Source: an uncultured virus (IMG/VR IMGVR_UViG_3300032213_002933)
Taxonomy: Duplodnaviria > Heunggongvirae > Uroviricota > Caudoviricetes
Length of the DNA: 64,000 bases
IMG/VR virus record: IMGVR_UViG_3300032213_002933
Direction: 5' to 3' (one strand)
Position numbers and translations under genes: made by a program. Positions 1-9,124 of this stretch are shown piece by piece (position 1 is the stretch's first letter; every line of letters begins with the position of its first letter). The notes under the pieces are model-generated. The model was not told where the DNA came from and did not search any database. It worked only from the letters and a program-made list of their open reading frames with translations.

Positions 1-522
1 CGTTGAACCTTGGGGGCCTGTTGCACCTTGCGCTCCTTGTGAGCCAACTGCACCTTGAGGACCGACGTCTCCCTGCGGTCCAGTAGAGCCCTGAGATCCA
101 GTCGATCCCTGAGATCCTGTGGCCCCTTGTGAACCAGTGGCTCCTTGAGATCCAGCAACTCCCTGAGGACCTATATCTCCTTGAGCTCCCGTAGATCCTT
201 GGGCTCCAGTTGAGCCTTGAGCTCCTGTTGCACCCTGAGATCCAACACTGCCCTGAGGGCCCTGAGAACCTGTTGCCCCTTGTGAGCCAGTGGCACCTTG
301 GGGACCAACGTCACCTTGAGGTCCACTGCTACCAACTGACCCTTGGCTGCCCTGCGCTCCAGTAGCACCCTGAGGTCCCGTTGCACCTTGGGTGCCAGCT
401 GAACCTTGTGGGCCCTGAGATCCAGTAGCTCCCGTTGCACCTTGGGGTCCAGTGGCTCCCTGAGAACCTATAGCTCCTTGGGAGCCTGTGGCTCCTTGAG
501 GGCCTTGTGGACCTTGTACACC
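1..522 (-). repeat. Gly-X-Y collagen triplet repeat coding region
   Basis: 9-bp periodic, GC-richer sequence (e.g. cccttgagg, ctccttgag, caccttg) encoding G-X-Y. Confidence 0.9.
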
Positions 523-984
523 AGCAAGAAGACTGGTACCAACACCATTGCCTCCGGTAGTTATGTCAAGATAAAAACCTCTTGCATTTCCACCTTGCTC
601 AAAGAAACGAAGTCTGTTTTGCCAAACGTCAATAGTGACTCCACCAGTAAGGGTGGTGTTGGTGACTGCTTTCTTTAGGAAAATTTCACCACCCTCATCG
701 CCAGATGAGTTGTTGGAGATGAGGTTGCCTCCAGCAGCTATATTGCCAGAAACTGAAACGGCGGATGGTAAGCTTACAACAAAAGAGCCAGATGTTTCAG
801 TTACGGTAACTTGATCTGTAGTGCCAGTAATCCCGGTAATTAATTTAGAGCCAACAATAGTATTAGATACGTTCTTATAGAACAGCTTGCCATCTGCGTA
901 GTTTAATGCTAGTTCACCATGAGTCATAGAAACAGGTACAGACGTAGTCGTACCTGAATTCTTAACTAGAATAGTATTAGCCAT
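1..984 (-). CDS. Collagen-like tail/virion fibre protein (3' end runs off the window; not in the ORF track)
   Basis: Manual translation from ATG at 984: [38 protein letters not shown]..., a typical phage fibre N-terminus. Continuous Gly-X-Y triplets ([15 protein letters not shown]) follow from about 520 to 1. Confidence 0.9.
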   Translation of the reverse strand, partial: MANTILVKNSGTTTSVPVSMTHGELALNYADGKLFYKNVSNTIVGSKLITGITGTTDQVTVTETSGSFVVSLPSAVSVSGNIAAGGNLISNNSSGDEGGEIFLKKAVTNTTLTGGVTIDVWQNRLRFFEQGGNARGFYLDITTGGNGVGTSLLAGVQGPQGPQGATGSQGAIGSQGATGPQGATGATGSQGPQGSAGTQGATGPQGATGAQGSQGSVGSSGPQGDVGPQGATGSQGATGSQGPQGSVGSQGATGAQGSTGAQGSTGAQGDIGPQGVAGSQGATGSQGATGSQGSTGSQGSTGPQGDVGPQGAVGSQGAQGATGPQGST

Positions 985-1038
985 GTAAAAACCTCTATAG
1001 GAATATAAAATAAGCGCTTATGTTAATAGTAACATTTT

Positions 1039-1836
1039 TTATTCTGTTGTGCCAGAACAAGATTCTAAATCTTCAAAACGTTTAGTAATTAAATTATCGT
1101 ATTTAGCTGCGATTTCTGCAACGTTGTGTTGGATTAGAGCGTTACGTGTACGCTGTGCAGTGGAAGGACCAATGTGTTGCTTGTAAATCATCTTGGGAAT
1201 ATAATTAAATTTAGTAATTAAAAAAGTTCTAACAACTAAATCAAAATCATCTGCTACAGTAAAACGAGGATCATGTCCATTTAACTGCCTATAGACACTA
1301 GCTCGCCATGCACGTACATGATTAGGTGCCGAAACGATATGTCTAATAGTAGTGGGATTGACTTCTGGAGCACGCATTGTCCAGACTTGATGTTCTTCAT
1401 CCCAGTAATCTGAACCATAACCAAAAGCCCAACCGTCTGGATATCTTCCGGATTGACCATCAGGTAAAATTTCACACCAATCAGAATAAACAAAACCAAC
1501 TTCAGGATCAGTAAATGCGTCAGCAATTAACTGTAGTGCGTCGGGCATTAATTCATCATCGTGGTCTAACTCTACTAGAATGTCACCTTCGGCTGCCATC
1601 ATACATTGACGCTTAACTCTACCGATACTTCCGGAATGGACGTGTGATTTATGCGCCATCAATCTAAATCTTTCATCAGATGCTAAACCATAAATTTGAT
1701 TCCATGTATTATTATTAGTAGAGTCATCCCAAACAACCCATTCCCAATCAGTATAAGTCTGAGATTTAAGACTTGCCCAAGTTCTAGCTAGAATACTTGG
1801 ATCAGTATTATAAGTTGGTGTACAAATAGAAATCAT
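1039..1836 (-). CDS. Glycosyltransferase family 2 (GT-A fold)
   Basis: ISICTPTYN start, WVVWDDS, ELDHDD (DxD), ADDFDL. Confidence 0.9.
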   Translation of the reverse strand: MISICTPTYNTDPSILARTWASLKSQTYTDWEWVVWDDSTNNNTWNQIYGLASDERFRLMAHKSHVHSGSIGRVKRQCMMAAEGDILVELDHDDELMPDALQLIADAFTDPEVGFVYSDWCEILPDGQSGRYPDGWAFGYGSDYWDEEHQVWTMRAPEVNPTTIRHIVSAPNHVRAWRASVYRQLNGHDPRFTVADDFDLVVRTFLITKFNYIPKMIYKQHIGPSTAQRTRNALIQHNVAEIAAKYDNLITKRFEDLESCSGTTE

Positions 1837-1867
1837 TTAAACCTCAATGTCAATAAAATATATTTAT

Positions 1868-1897
1868 ATATTATCACAATAATTTCTAGTGTGTCAA
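1868..1897 (-). promoter_or_regulatory. Putative sigma70/SigA-type promoter for the GT2 gene
   Basis: Minus strand TTGACA (1897-1892) followed by TGATAATAT (extended -10). Confidence 0.5.
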
Positions 1898-1960
1898 TAA
1901 TCTACACTCTTATTTAGGGACTTTAGTCTTACTATTTTATCGAGGATGGGAGTCTTTATC

Positions 1961-4579
1961 ATGCGGAATTTTATTGGTAACTTATTTAGGTTTTCTACTA
2001 TATCACTAGCTATTGTTGGCTTTTTTGCACCACTATCCAGCGCGCACGCAAGCAACTTATTAGTCAACGGAGATTTTAATGGATCTTCGGGATGGACTGT
2101 CTCTCAAAATGGAGGCTCTGGAGTTTTATTCAATGGCGCTTTGCAATTTTCCTATCAGACCGGCGAAGTATTCCAAGCTATCACTGTTACACCAGGGGAT
2201 ACTGTAACTCTTTCATTTGCTGTTGACAATAGCCTGACAAATAGCGTAGGCCAAGGTGTTATATCAGACACCTGGACAGCAACGCTATCTTCTAATTCTC
2301 CTTCTCCCGCCTCAGCCACAGTCACTAGATCTGTTGCTCATGATCTTGAAAACTTCAGCCTGTCCATTACCATTCCGCAAAGTGCAACAACCGCTACAAT
2401 AACCTTTAGTGGTATGGACAAAGGTTTTTGGAGTGGGCACTACGGTCCAATCATTGATAATGTTAATTTATCTATAACTCCAGCACCAACATCATTAGTT
2501 GTCACAAGCTTAGAAGATACGAATACAACAGGAACTTTACGCTGGGCAATTAATCAGGCAAACTCTATATCTGGTGGAATTTATGATTCTATTACTTTCG
2601 GGATTAATGGAACAGTATCGCTAACATCTGCGCTTCCGCAAATTACACAGTCTGTAACAATTACCGGAAATGGAATAGCAAATACAATTATTGATGGTAA
2701 TAATTCCCACCGACTATTTGATGTTCGTACAGCGAAAACTTTAACTGTGTCTAATATGACCCTTAAAAGAGGTCAATCTACAAGCGGTGGATTAATCTAT
2801 ATTAATAATGGCACAGTAAACGCTTCCAATATGCGTTTGACTTCCATGACTGGCGGAAGTGCGGTATTTACAAGTAACAACTATTCATACGCTACTTATA
2901 CAGATTCAACATTTGACAACTTGAGTGTTGGTATTGCCGGGGACTGGGGAAATACTCCATCCCTAGGCAATGGAGTAACTTCTTGGGATACTTTTGATGA
3001 CTCTGGTTTCTCAAATAGAACTTATGTCGTTCGTGGGCAGTTCCTCAATAATACATACGCGATTAATAATTATAGATTTACAAAAATTGAAGACTCCACA
3101 TTCACAAATAACACTTACGCTGCATTAATCACTGGATGGAACAGGTCTCAAATATACGATTCTACATTTAGCAATAACCTCGTAGCAATCTATCACACAG
3201 CAACCATAACCGGTGGAGCAAATATGGGTGTAGATAATCGTATTATTGTTGGAAATACTTTTGTAAATAATACTTCCGCAATAATTCTATCTGATCAATA
3301 TCAAGTTGGCGGTATTATGCAAAAAAATCAGAACTCAGCAAAAATATCTGGTAACGCATGGGATACAAATGATTTACCTGGGGCAACATACATAACTTAT
3401 TACCAATTCCCAAACAACACCACACCGTTATATGCCTTGCCAGACTCTTCCGATGTTCCGTGGTCGGGCACTGGCAACAGTGTTGTTACAACAACAACAA
3501 CAACTACAACAACAACCACTACTACCACTACGACTACCACAGAAGCCCCAACTACAACCACTGAGCCAGAGACTACAACAACAGTTCCCGAAACAACTAC
3601 AACTCAAGCCCCTGTTGTAACTGAACCAGAAACGACAACTACAACTGAGCCAGAAGTAATTCCTCCTGTAGTTATTCCTCCAGATACAGAACCACCAGTG
3701 GTTGATACTGAACCAGAAGTTATAGAACCAGAAGTTATAGAGCCAGAAGTTATAGAGCCGGAAGTTCCTGAACCCGAAACTACAGAGCCAGAAATTATTA
3801 TCCCTGAGCCAGAAGTTATAGAGCCAGAGCCAGAGCCTGAGACTGTAATTCCAGATGACATATCTAATCAAGTAGATGAAATTTTATCTGGAGATTTAAC
3901 TGAAGAAGAATTTGCTAATGCCGTAGATGAAATTTTAACTTCAGCTGATAATGAAGAAGAATTAGTTGCTGCAGCTACGGAATTATTATCTGGTGACCTA
4001 TCGGAAGAGCAGTTCACAGAGGTTATTGATCAAGTGTTTGCGGAAGAATTAAGCGATGAAGCGTTTGCTGAAGTGCTTGATACCGTGTTCGAAGAACCAC
4101 TAAGTGACGAAGAATTTACTGCGGTGTTAAGTGCAGTATTGGATCAGCCATTGAGTGACGAACAATTTGCAAGTTTGGTTGACGTGTTGAGTAGTGACAC
4201 AGTTACTGATGAGCAAGTTCAGGAAGCTGTCGATGCAATTATAGAAAATGGAATCACGGAAGATCAGGCAACTGAGATTGCTACAAGTGCAGAGGTACTA
4301 TCATCTATCAATGGAGATCAGGCAGCAGAAATCTTTGCTGAGATCCCTATTGATGACATAACAGAAGAGCAAGCGTTGGAAATTATTGCTGCGGTACAAG
4401 ACGCTCCAACAGAAGTCCGTTCTTCATTCGAAGAAGAAATAAACATATTTGGTTCCGGAAGCTTAAATACTTACGTGCCATTAGGTTCCAATATAAATGT
4501 GGGACAAAGAAGAGCGGTCATAGCTGCGGGAGCACTTATAGCTGTTGCTCCAGTAGCTGGAGCCTCAAGAAGAAAATAA
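1961..4579 (+). CDS. Large secreted/surface protein: signal peptide, jelly-roll/CBM-like domain, pectin-lyase-like beta-helix, Thr/Pro/Glu linker, acidic helical repeats, C-terminal hydrophobic anchor
   Basis: Signal peptide ending AHA-S. NLLVNGDF...W motif, then VVTSLED..GTLRWAI (beta-helix start), a poly-Thr run, EPEVI repeats and ~17-aa LS(D/E)E(E/Q)F repeats. Ends VIAAGALIAVAPVAGASRRK. Alternative start at 1946. Confidence 0.75.
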   Translation: MRNFIGNLFRFSTISLAIVGFFAPLSSAHASNLLVNGDFNGSSGWTVSQNGGSGVLFNGALQFSYQTGEVFQAITVTPGDTVTLSFAVDNSLTNSVGQGVISDTWTATLSSNSPSPASATVTRSVAHDLENFSLSITIPQSATTATITFSGMDKGFWSGHYGPIIDNVNLSITPAPTSLVVTSLEDTNTTGTLRWAINQANSISGGIYDSITFGINGTVSLTSALPQITQSVTITGNGIANTIIDGNNSHRLFDVRTAKTLTVSNMTLKRGQSTSGGLIYINNGTVNASNMRLTSMTGGSAVFTSNNYSYATYTDSTFDNLSVGIAGDWGNTPSLGNGVTSWDTFDDSGFSNRTYVVRGQFLNNTYAINNYRFTKIEDSTFTNNTYAALITGWNRSQIYDSTFSNNLVAIYHTATITGGANMGVDNRIIVGNTFVNNTSAIILSDQYQVGGIMQKNQNSAKISGNAWDTNDLPGATYITYYQFPNNTTPLYALPDSSDVPWSGTGNSVVTTTTTTTTTTTTTTTTTTEAPTTTTEPETTTTVPETTTTQAPVVTEPETTTTTEPEVIPPVVIPPDTEPPVVDTEPEVIEPEVIEPEVIEPEVPEPETTEPEIIIPEPEVIEPEPEPETVIPDDISNQVDEILSGDLTEEEFANAVDEILTSADNEEELVAAATELLSGDLSEEQFTEVIDQVFAEELSDEAFAEVLDTVFEEPLSDEEFTAVLSAVLDQPLSDEQFASLVDVLSSDTVTDEQVQEAVDAIIENGITEDQATEIATSAEVLSSINGDQAAEIFAEIPIDDITEEQALEIIAAVQDAPTEVRSSFEEEINIFGSGSLNTYVPLGSNINVGQRRAVIAAGALIAVAPVAGASRRK
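3488..3541 (+). repeat. Poly-Thr codon run (about 18 ACN codons)
   Basis: acaacaacaacaacaactacaacaacaaccactact... Confidence 0.9.
3581..3642 (+). repeat. 62-bp repeat copy A (inverted copy at 13814-13875)
   Basis: acagttcccgaaacaactacaactcaagcccctgttgtaactgaaccagaaacgacaactac matches the reverse complement of 13814-13875 at 59/62 positions. Confidence 0.95.
3710..3769 (+). repeat. 15-bp tandem repeat (EPEVI x ~4)
   Basis: gaaccagaagttata gaaccagaagttata gagccagaagttata gagccggaagttcct. Confidence 0.85.
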
Positions 4580-4594
4580 CAACAGGGAGATATA

Positions 4595-4783
4595 ATGAAA
4601 AAATTTATAACTAAATTAATAGCTGCACTTTACGAGCAGGCCTGGACAATAGCCGGAACTATATTAGTTCTTATTACTTTGTCTGGCGATATACAATCAT
4701 GGGGAATTAAGATCAGCATTGCCACTTTAGTAATAGTATTATTTGGTGCTGTAATCAAAAAAGAAATGGATGAGTCTGATTAA
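4595..4783 (+). CDS. Small two-TM membrane protein
   Basis: Two hydrophobic segments; GGGAG ribosome-binding site upstream; directly follows the large surface protein. Confidence 0.75.
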   Translation: MKKFITKLIAALYEQAWTIAGTILVLITLSGDIQSWGIKISIATLVIVLFGAVIKKEMDESD

Positions 4784-4785
4784 TC

Positions 4786-5376
4786 TTATTCTTCTAAATA
4801 TTCTTCCTCTAAAGCTTCTTCAATAGCTTGGCATAGGGCATCATACTCAGCCTCTGGAGAGCCACAATATCCATCTTCAAACGCATAATTAAGAAGCACG
4901 CCGTTGGCTAGTCTAGTTATTCTTTTTCCATTTTTTGATACTAGGAATTTTTCAAAGTTACCGTTGATTGGCGCAGATTCACCATCAGGATTTAATGTTT
5001 GATATAATTGATGAGGATTTTTTTCAGGTTCATTCCCTCTATTGTCTCTAGATATAACTAACTCAGTAAATAGATAGGTAACATTCCATTCTGATCTGGC
5101 GTACTCTTCAGCCATTTTTCCATTATCTATACCATTTTCATAAATTCCATAAGTAATCTTTGGTCCGCAGTAGTCATTGGTTGGAACAGCGACTACTTCA
5201 AATCCTCTATCTTTATATTTATCATATATTTTTTGTATAATTCCAAATTGGGGAGCGTTACCACAGTGTCCAGTAACATTAATAATTAAAGTTACCTTTC
5301 CTTTAAACTGTTGTAAAAAATTTTCCTCACCATTAACACCATGAAGTTGAACTTCATATATATTTTTTTGATTCAT
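4786..5376 (-). CDS. Glutathione peroxidase family protein (Cys-type)
   Basis: FKGKVTLIINVTGHCG, GFEVVAVPTNDY, NFEKFLVSKNG: the GPx signature motifs. Confidence 0.88.
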   Translation of the reverse strand: MNQKNIYEVQLHGVNGEENFLQQFKGKVTLIINVTGHCGNAPQFGIIQKIYDKYKDRGFEVVAVPTNDYCGPKITYGIYENGIDNGKMAEEYARSEWNVTYLFTELVISRDNRGNEPEKNPHQLYQTLNPDGESAPINGNFEKFLVSKNGKRITRLANGVLLNYAFEDGYCGSPEAEYDALCQAIEEALEEEYLEE

Positions 5377-5377
5377 A

Positions 5378-6130
5378 TCAAGTATTTCCTTCTCTTACCC
5401 CTCTTGGTTGAGGGCCGTCATTCCAAGATTCTGGAAACATTTTTTTCTGATCATCAGTTAATACGTCCCATAAATTATGTATAATACTATGCATCATAAT
5501 CAACTTAGGTCTAGCAAAATGTGTTAACAAATTCCATCTAGTACCATTCTTGACTTCGTACACGGCGTGGTTGTATTCCATAGTTCCCGGAAAAAATACT
5601 AACTGACCAGGATTATGCTTAATGACTATATCGTACTCTGGAAAATATAAATGTCCTGAATCATAATCATTATTAATATATATATTTGCAGAAAACTCTA
5701 TTATTGCAGGTTCATATAAATGATTAGGTGAATATTCCGGCAAATATATTGCCCCATTTCCACAATATCCCTCAGAGTCGGTGTGCCCTGGACAAACTCC
5801 ACCCTCTAAAGTTTGGTGTCTATTAAAGTTAAATATGGGAACAACTTTTCTGCCAGCTTCGTAAGATATTACATCTGCAACTTTGTCTATATAATGCTTT
5901 AGGAGGGGATGTTTATTTCTTCTATACTCCACTAATGACGCCTCACAAGTTTCTTTATATTTTCCAGTACAATGTTCGGTATACTCTGGACCTGGAAACT
6001 TATGGTACCACCATTCTTCTAGGCTTGGATTTTCTAAAGATTTTCTACATAGATCATGTATTATATTTACATGTTCTATATCCATAAAATTTTCTATAAC
6101 TTTTATGTTATTTGGATTAGCTGTTGTCAT
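5378..6130 (-). CDS. 2OG-Fe(II) oxygenase, prolyl-4-hydroxylase-like
   Basis: HTD...YINNDYDSGHLYFP...GQLVFFPG..YNHAV..VKNGTRW. Confidence 0.88.
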   Translation of the reverse strand: MTTANPNNIKVIENFMDIEHVNIIHDLCRKSLENPSLEEWWYHKFPGPEYTEHCTGKYKETCEASLVEYRRNKHPLLKHYIDKVADVISYEAGRKVVPIFNFNRHQTLEGGVCPGHTDSEGYCGNGAIYLPEYSPNHLYEPAIIEFSANIYINNDYDSGHLYFPEYDIVIKHNPGQLVFFPGTMEYNHAVYEVKNGTRWNLLTHFARPKLIMMHSIIHNLWDVLTDDQKKMFPESWNDGPQPRGVREGNT

Positions 6131-6848
6131 CAATTTCTCCAATAGGATAATTAAAAGATTTAAAAGATAAAAATGATTCAGGAATATTATTTCTAGTAAA
6201 TATCTGTTTGTTATTAGCGGTGTGTTCTGCCGTTAAATTAATATATTTAATATCCCCTGGGTGTGAAACGAAATATTTCCACATATATTTTAACTTAGGT
6301 GTAGATAAAAAGTTTTGCATCACGTATCTATTTCCTGAGGTAACCTTTTTTACTCCGTGCATATAGTGCTCAGAGCCTGGGAAAAATATTAATTCTCCAG
6401 GTTCTGGTTTAATAATTATATCATAATCTGGAAAATAAATCTCTCCACCCTCATAGTCATCATTTAGGTAGGTCAATGCTGCGCACTCAATAAATATTGA
6501 AGTAAAATTATTGATTGCAGTCATTCTTGCGGTATCATATTCATCTATATGAAATATAGATTCACAGTCAGAATGTGGATCTTGATACTCTCCGGAAAAC
6601 CATTTTCTAAAATTTGTTCCAGACAAATCAGAAAAAGAATAACCGAATGAATAAGTAGTTTGTTGAATTACGCGATCTAAATATATTCTAGATTTATCAA
6701 AAGCATACTCATCAGACAACGGCGTATGCATACAGCGTTCTGACTGCTGATTAAATATATTATCCTTAAAGTAATTTAAAAAATAATCTATATCATCTTT
6801 TGATAAGAAATTTTTAATTCTATGAATATTATTTGGATCGCACAACAT
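6117..6848 (-). CDS. 2OG-Fe(II) oxygenase, prolyl-4-hydroxylase-like
   Basis: HSD...YLNDDYEGGEIYFP...GELIFFPG..YMHGVKKVTSGNRY. Confidence 0.9.
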   Translation of the reverse strand: MLCDPNNIHRIKNFLSKDDIDYFLNYFKDNIFNQQSERCMHTPLSDEYAFDKSRIYLDRVIQQTTYSFGYSFSDLSGTNFRKWFSGEYQDPHSDCESIFHIDEYDTARMTAINNFTSIFIECAALTYLNDDYEGGEIYFPDYDIIIKPEPGELIFFPGSEHYMHGVKKVTSGNRYVMQNFLSTPKLKYMWKYFVSHPGDIKYINLTAEHTANNKQIFTRNNIPESFLSFKSFNYPIGEIDDNS

Positions 6849-6854
6849 ATAGAT

Positions 6855-6863
6855 ATTGTATCA
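6855..6863 (-). promoter_or_regulatory. Extended -10 promoter, leaderless transcript
   Basis: TGATACAAT, 6 nt, then ATG at 6848. Confidence 0.65.
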
Positions 6864-6866
6864 TAA

Positions 6867-7211
6867 TTATTTAATCAGATCTTCAGGAATGATCCATAGC
6901 TTACACACAGCATTGGGCTCTATCTTTCCAGCTACTATTTCACAACCTTGACCACCCATAAAGAAAACACAGTTAGAACAAATCATACCCTGCTGAATAA
7001 AAGGGTTAGCTTTAGCCGGAGCATAGTGTGCTCCGTTAGCTTTTGATGTCTGATCAAACTTGCCAAACATCTCTATGATATGCTCATAATGATCGTACAT
7101 CATTCTTTGGCGAGGATTTAACTTTTCTTCGGGATCATCTGGATCCGTAGAATCTTCAGGCATTTCTTCATCGTCTGGAGAATGATATTCTGATAGCCAA
7201 TAGTTATTCAT
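6867..7211 (-). CDS. HiPIP-like four-Cys (putative 4Fe-4S) protein
   Basis: CSNC-x8-C-x12-CKLW. Confidence 0.6.
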   Translation of the reverse strand: MNNYWLSEYHSPDDEEMPEDSTDPDDPEEKLNPRQRMMYDHYEHIIEMFGKFDQTSKANGAHYAPAKANPFIQQGMICSNCVFFMGGQGCEIVAGKIEPNAVCKLWIIPEDLIK

Positions 7212-7536
7212 TGCCATCATCTTTCTTTGAGCTATCTACTGCTCCATCCCAAATGGCAGCTAATCTACAATAGCCATTATCTTCTACTGTCTGAGCCACG
7301 ATCTTGCAAACACCATTGCCTTCATACAGAGCACAGTTCGCACACTTGACACCAATAGATAAATTATCATTTTCAATTCCCGGTACATATCCCACCCAGA
7401 TACCGTTACCATCATTATTGGAAAGCTTGCCATACTTACCCACTATCCCTATCAGGGCATTGGCGTATTCTTGTTCTGCCGGAGGAAGTTTATTATCCAT
7501 TTGTTCTAAAAATTCAGCTAACCAATAAATTGACAT
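7204..7536 (-). CDS. HiPIP-like four-Cys (putative 4Fe-4S) protein, paralog of the adjacent gene
   Basis: CANC-x8-C-x12-C with GYC. Confidence 0.6.
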   Translation of the reverse strand: MSIYWLAEFLEQMDNKLPPAEQEYANALIGIVGKYGKLSNNDGNGIWVGYVPGIENDNLSIGVKCANCALYEGNGVCKIVAQTVEDNGYCRLAAIWDGAVDSSKKDDGNE

Positions 7537-7592
7537 TTTTCTCCTAAAAGATAGTTACTATGTATATATAATAGCATGTTTTGAAAACTTAT

Positions 7593-7796
7593 TCAGCCTA
7601 TGCAGTTTCTTGAGCAGAACTTTTCATTATTATGCTCATAAACTATGCCACGTTGCAGTTCTCGACTGCATGCGGGGCAGATAAAGGATCTACCTTTTAA
7701 TCCTACATATAGGATTGGCTTACCTGGTTGTTCTACTTTGAGAGTAGCTACAGGTGAATTCGAAACATTTTTCTTTGCGGGCTTTTTACCGGCCAT
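7593..7796 (-). CDS. Small Zn-finger protein with basic N-terminus
   Basis: CPAC...FCSRNC; AGGAG ribosome-binding site. Confidence 0.65.
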   Translation of the reverse strand: MAGKKPAKKNVSNSPVATLKVEQPGKPILYVGLKGRSFICPACSRELQRGIVYEHNNEKFCSRNCIG

Positions 7797-7837
7797 TTTA
7801 ACTCCTTAAATATTCAAGATATCTAGGAGTATAGTAA

Positions 7838-8380
7838 TTAGATTTTAGTTGCAATCACACCAAGGTTTGGCATGTGTGTGCCAAAGTCATTCTGTGTTTC
7901 TTCTGGAAGGATATCATCATCAATATCATAACTCCAGAATCCAGCGTCAAAGGCTTCAGCCTTCATCCCAAAAGCCTCAAAGTCTTTAATTAATTCCTCC
8001 TGGGACCACATACTCTGATGCTGCTGGAGTATATTGGATTCACATCGGCTTGCTGGTGTGAATATTGGAGCTCTCATGCCTCTAAATGAAATGCTACCAT
8101 TAACCCACATTTGAATCAGTTTTCCTGCATCTGTTTGAATGATGCGAATACCTCCACCAACCTTAAGCTTTCTAAGCATATGAAGAATGAATTTTTTATA
8201 ATCAGTTACCGGTATGTGCTCTAAGGTATGGGACAAGAAGAATTCGTCAACAGAATTATCATCACAAAAAGAATCCAGATCCATAATATTAGCTTTAATG
8301 TCACACGTTTCTGCTAAATTAACTGTCTTATATTCTGAACCACACCCAATCCCACCTAAGTTAAATTTTACTTCATTCAT
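7838..8380 (-). CDS. SAM-dependent methyltransferase (Methyltransf_11-like)
   Basis: NLGGIGCG, DNSVDEFFLSHTLEHI, LKVGG. Confidence 0.75.
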   Translation of the reverse strand: MNEVKFNLGGIGCGSEYKTVNLAETCDIKANIMDLDSFCDDNSVDEFFLSHTLEHIPVTDYKKFILHMLRKLKVGGGIRIIQTDAGKLIQMWVNGSISFRGMRAPIFTPASRCESNILQQHQSMWSQEELIKDFEAFGMKAEAFDAGFWSYDIDDDILPEETQNDFGTHMPNLGVIATKI

Positions 8381-8381
8381 A

Positions 8382-9101
8382 TTAATCTTCTTTCTTGTGT
8401 AGGTTTAGGCATAACCAGCCCATGTGATAGAGCGTTTTCGGGAGGATGTCTGGTTTAAAATCATATTTCCATAAACAATATGGAAAACTTACCTGATCCT
8501 GATAGGACCACTTGAGATTTTGTTCGTGCCACAATTCGCCAATTTGTTTTACTTTTTCATTTGTCATATCTCTTGCGGATAATCCGCAGGCATAGAGTCC
8601 GTAGTCTTCTGGGAATCCTTCAGATTTATAAAAATCACATTGAGCATCTAGGGGTTCATTCGCATACTTTGGTGGCCTAATCGTAGCTTCTCCGTATGCG
8701 CAGTATCTTCCATTTTCAACAGCGGCATCTGGGTGTAGCGATGCAACGAAGCCATTATCCATATAGCTCATCATTTCTTCGACGAAGTTTGAATTAAGGA
8801 TTTGCATTTCGCCATCTATCCAAATTACATATTTATAATTATTCAATACTGGTATTGAGTGTGGATTTAATTTTGGTCTTTTTGATCTGCGTCTGCTATC
8901 TAAATGGCTGTCATACTCAGGTAAAAATTCTACCTTCCATGGACTTGGAATTTCGTTTGGAGAATTTCCATCTGTAAAAAATATATAGTCAACTCCGGGC
9001 ACTTGAATCTGAGGAAATGCGTAGTCATACCCTCCGGTTACAGCTGTGCATATAACTGTGTTGCCAAACCAATCTGTTCTCATGTTGTCACTTTCTTGCA
9101 T
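8382..9101 (-). CDS. DUF616-like glycosyltransferase
   Basis: TAVTGGYD, YIFFTD, KLNPH, IWIDG, QDQVSFPY. Confidence 0.75.
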   Translation of the reverse strand: MQESDNMRTDWFGNTVICTAVTGGYDYAFPQIQVPGVDYIFFTDGNSPNEIPSPWKVEFLPEYDSHLDSRRRSKRPKLNPHSIPVLNNYKYVIWIDGEMQILNSNFVEEMMSYMDNGFVASLHPDAAVENGRYCAYGEATIRPPKYANEPLDAQCDFYKSEGFPEDYGLYACGLSARDMTNEKVKQIGELWHEQNLKWSYQDQVSFPYCLWKYDFKPDILPKTLYHMGWLCLNLHKKED

Positions 9102-9124
9102 CTATTCTTATTGGATTCATTTTT

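Noticed and set aside
1..522. Collagen fibre as a classical prolyl-4-hydroxylase substrate
   Set aside because: Pro is in the X position (GPQ), whereas collagen P4H acts on Y-position Pro
171..678. ORF-track entries 171-440(-) and 406-678(+)
   Set aside because: Alternative-frame shadows of the collagen repeat; the real gene is the frame starting at 984
3428..3871. Short ORFs overlapping the Thr/Pro/Glu linker
   Set aside because: Low-complexity shadows of the plus-strand gene
4786..5376. Selenocysteine in the glutathione peroxidase
   Set aside because: The active-site codon is TGT (Cys) and the ORF has no in-frame TGA
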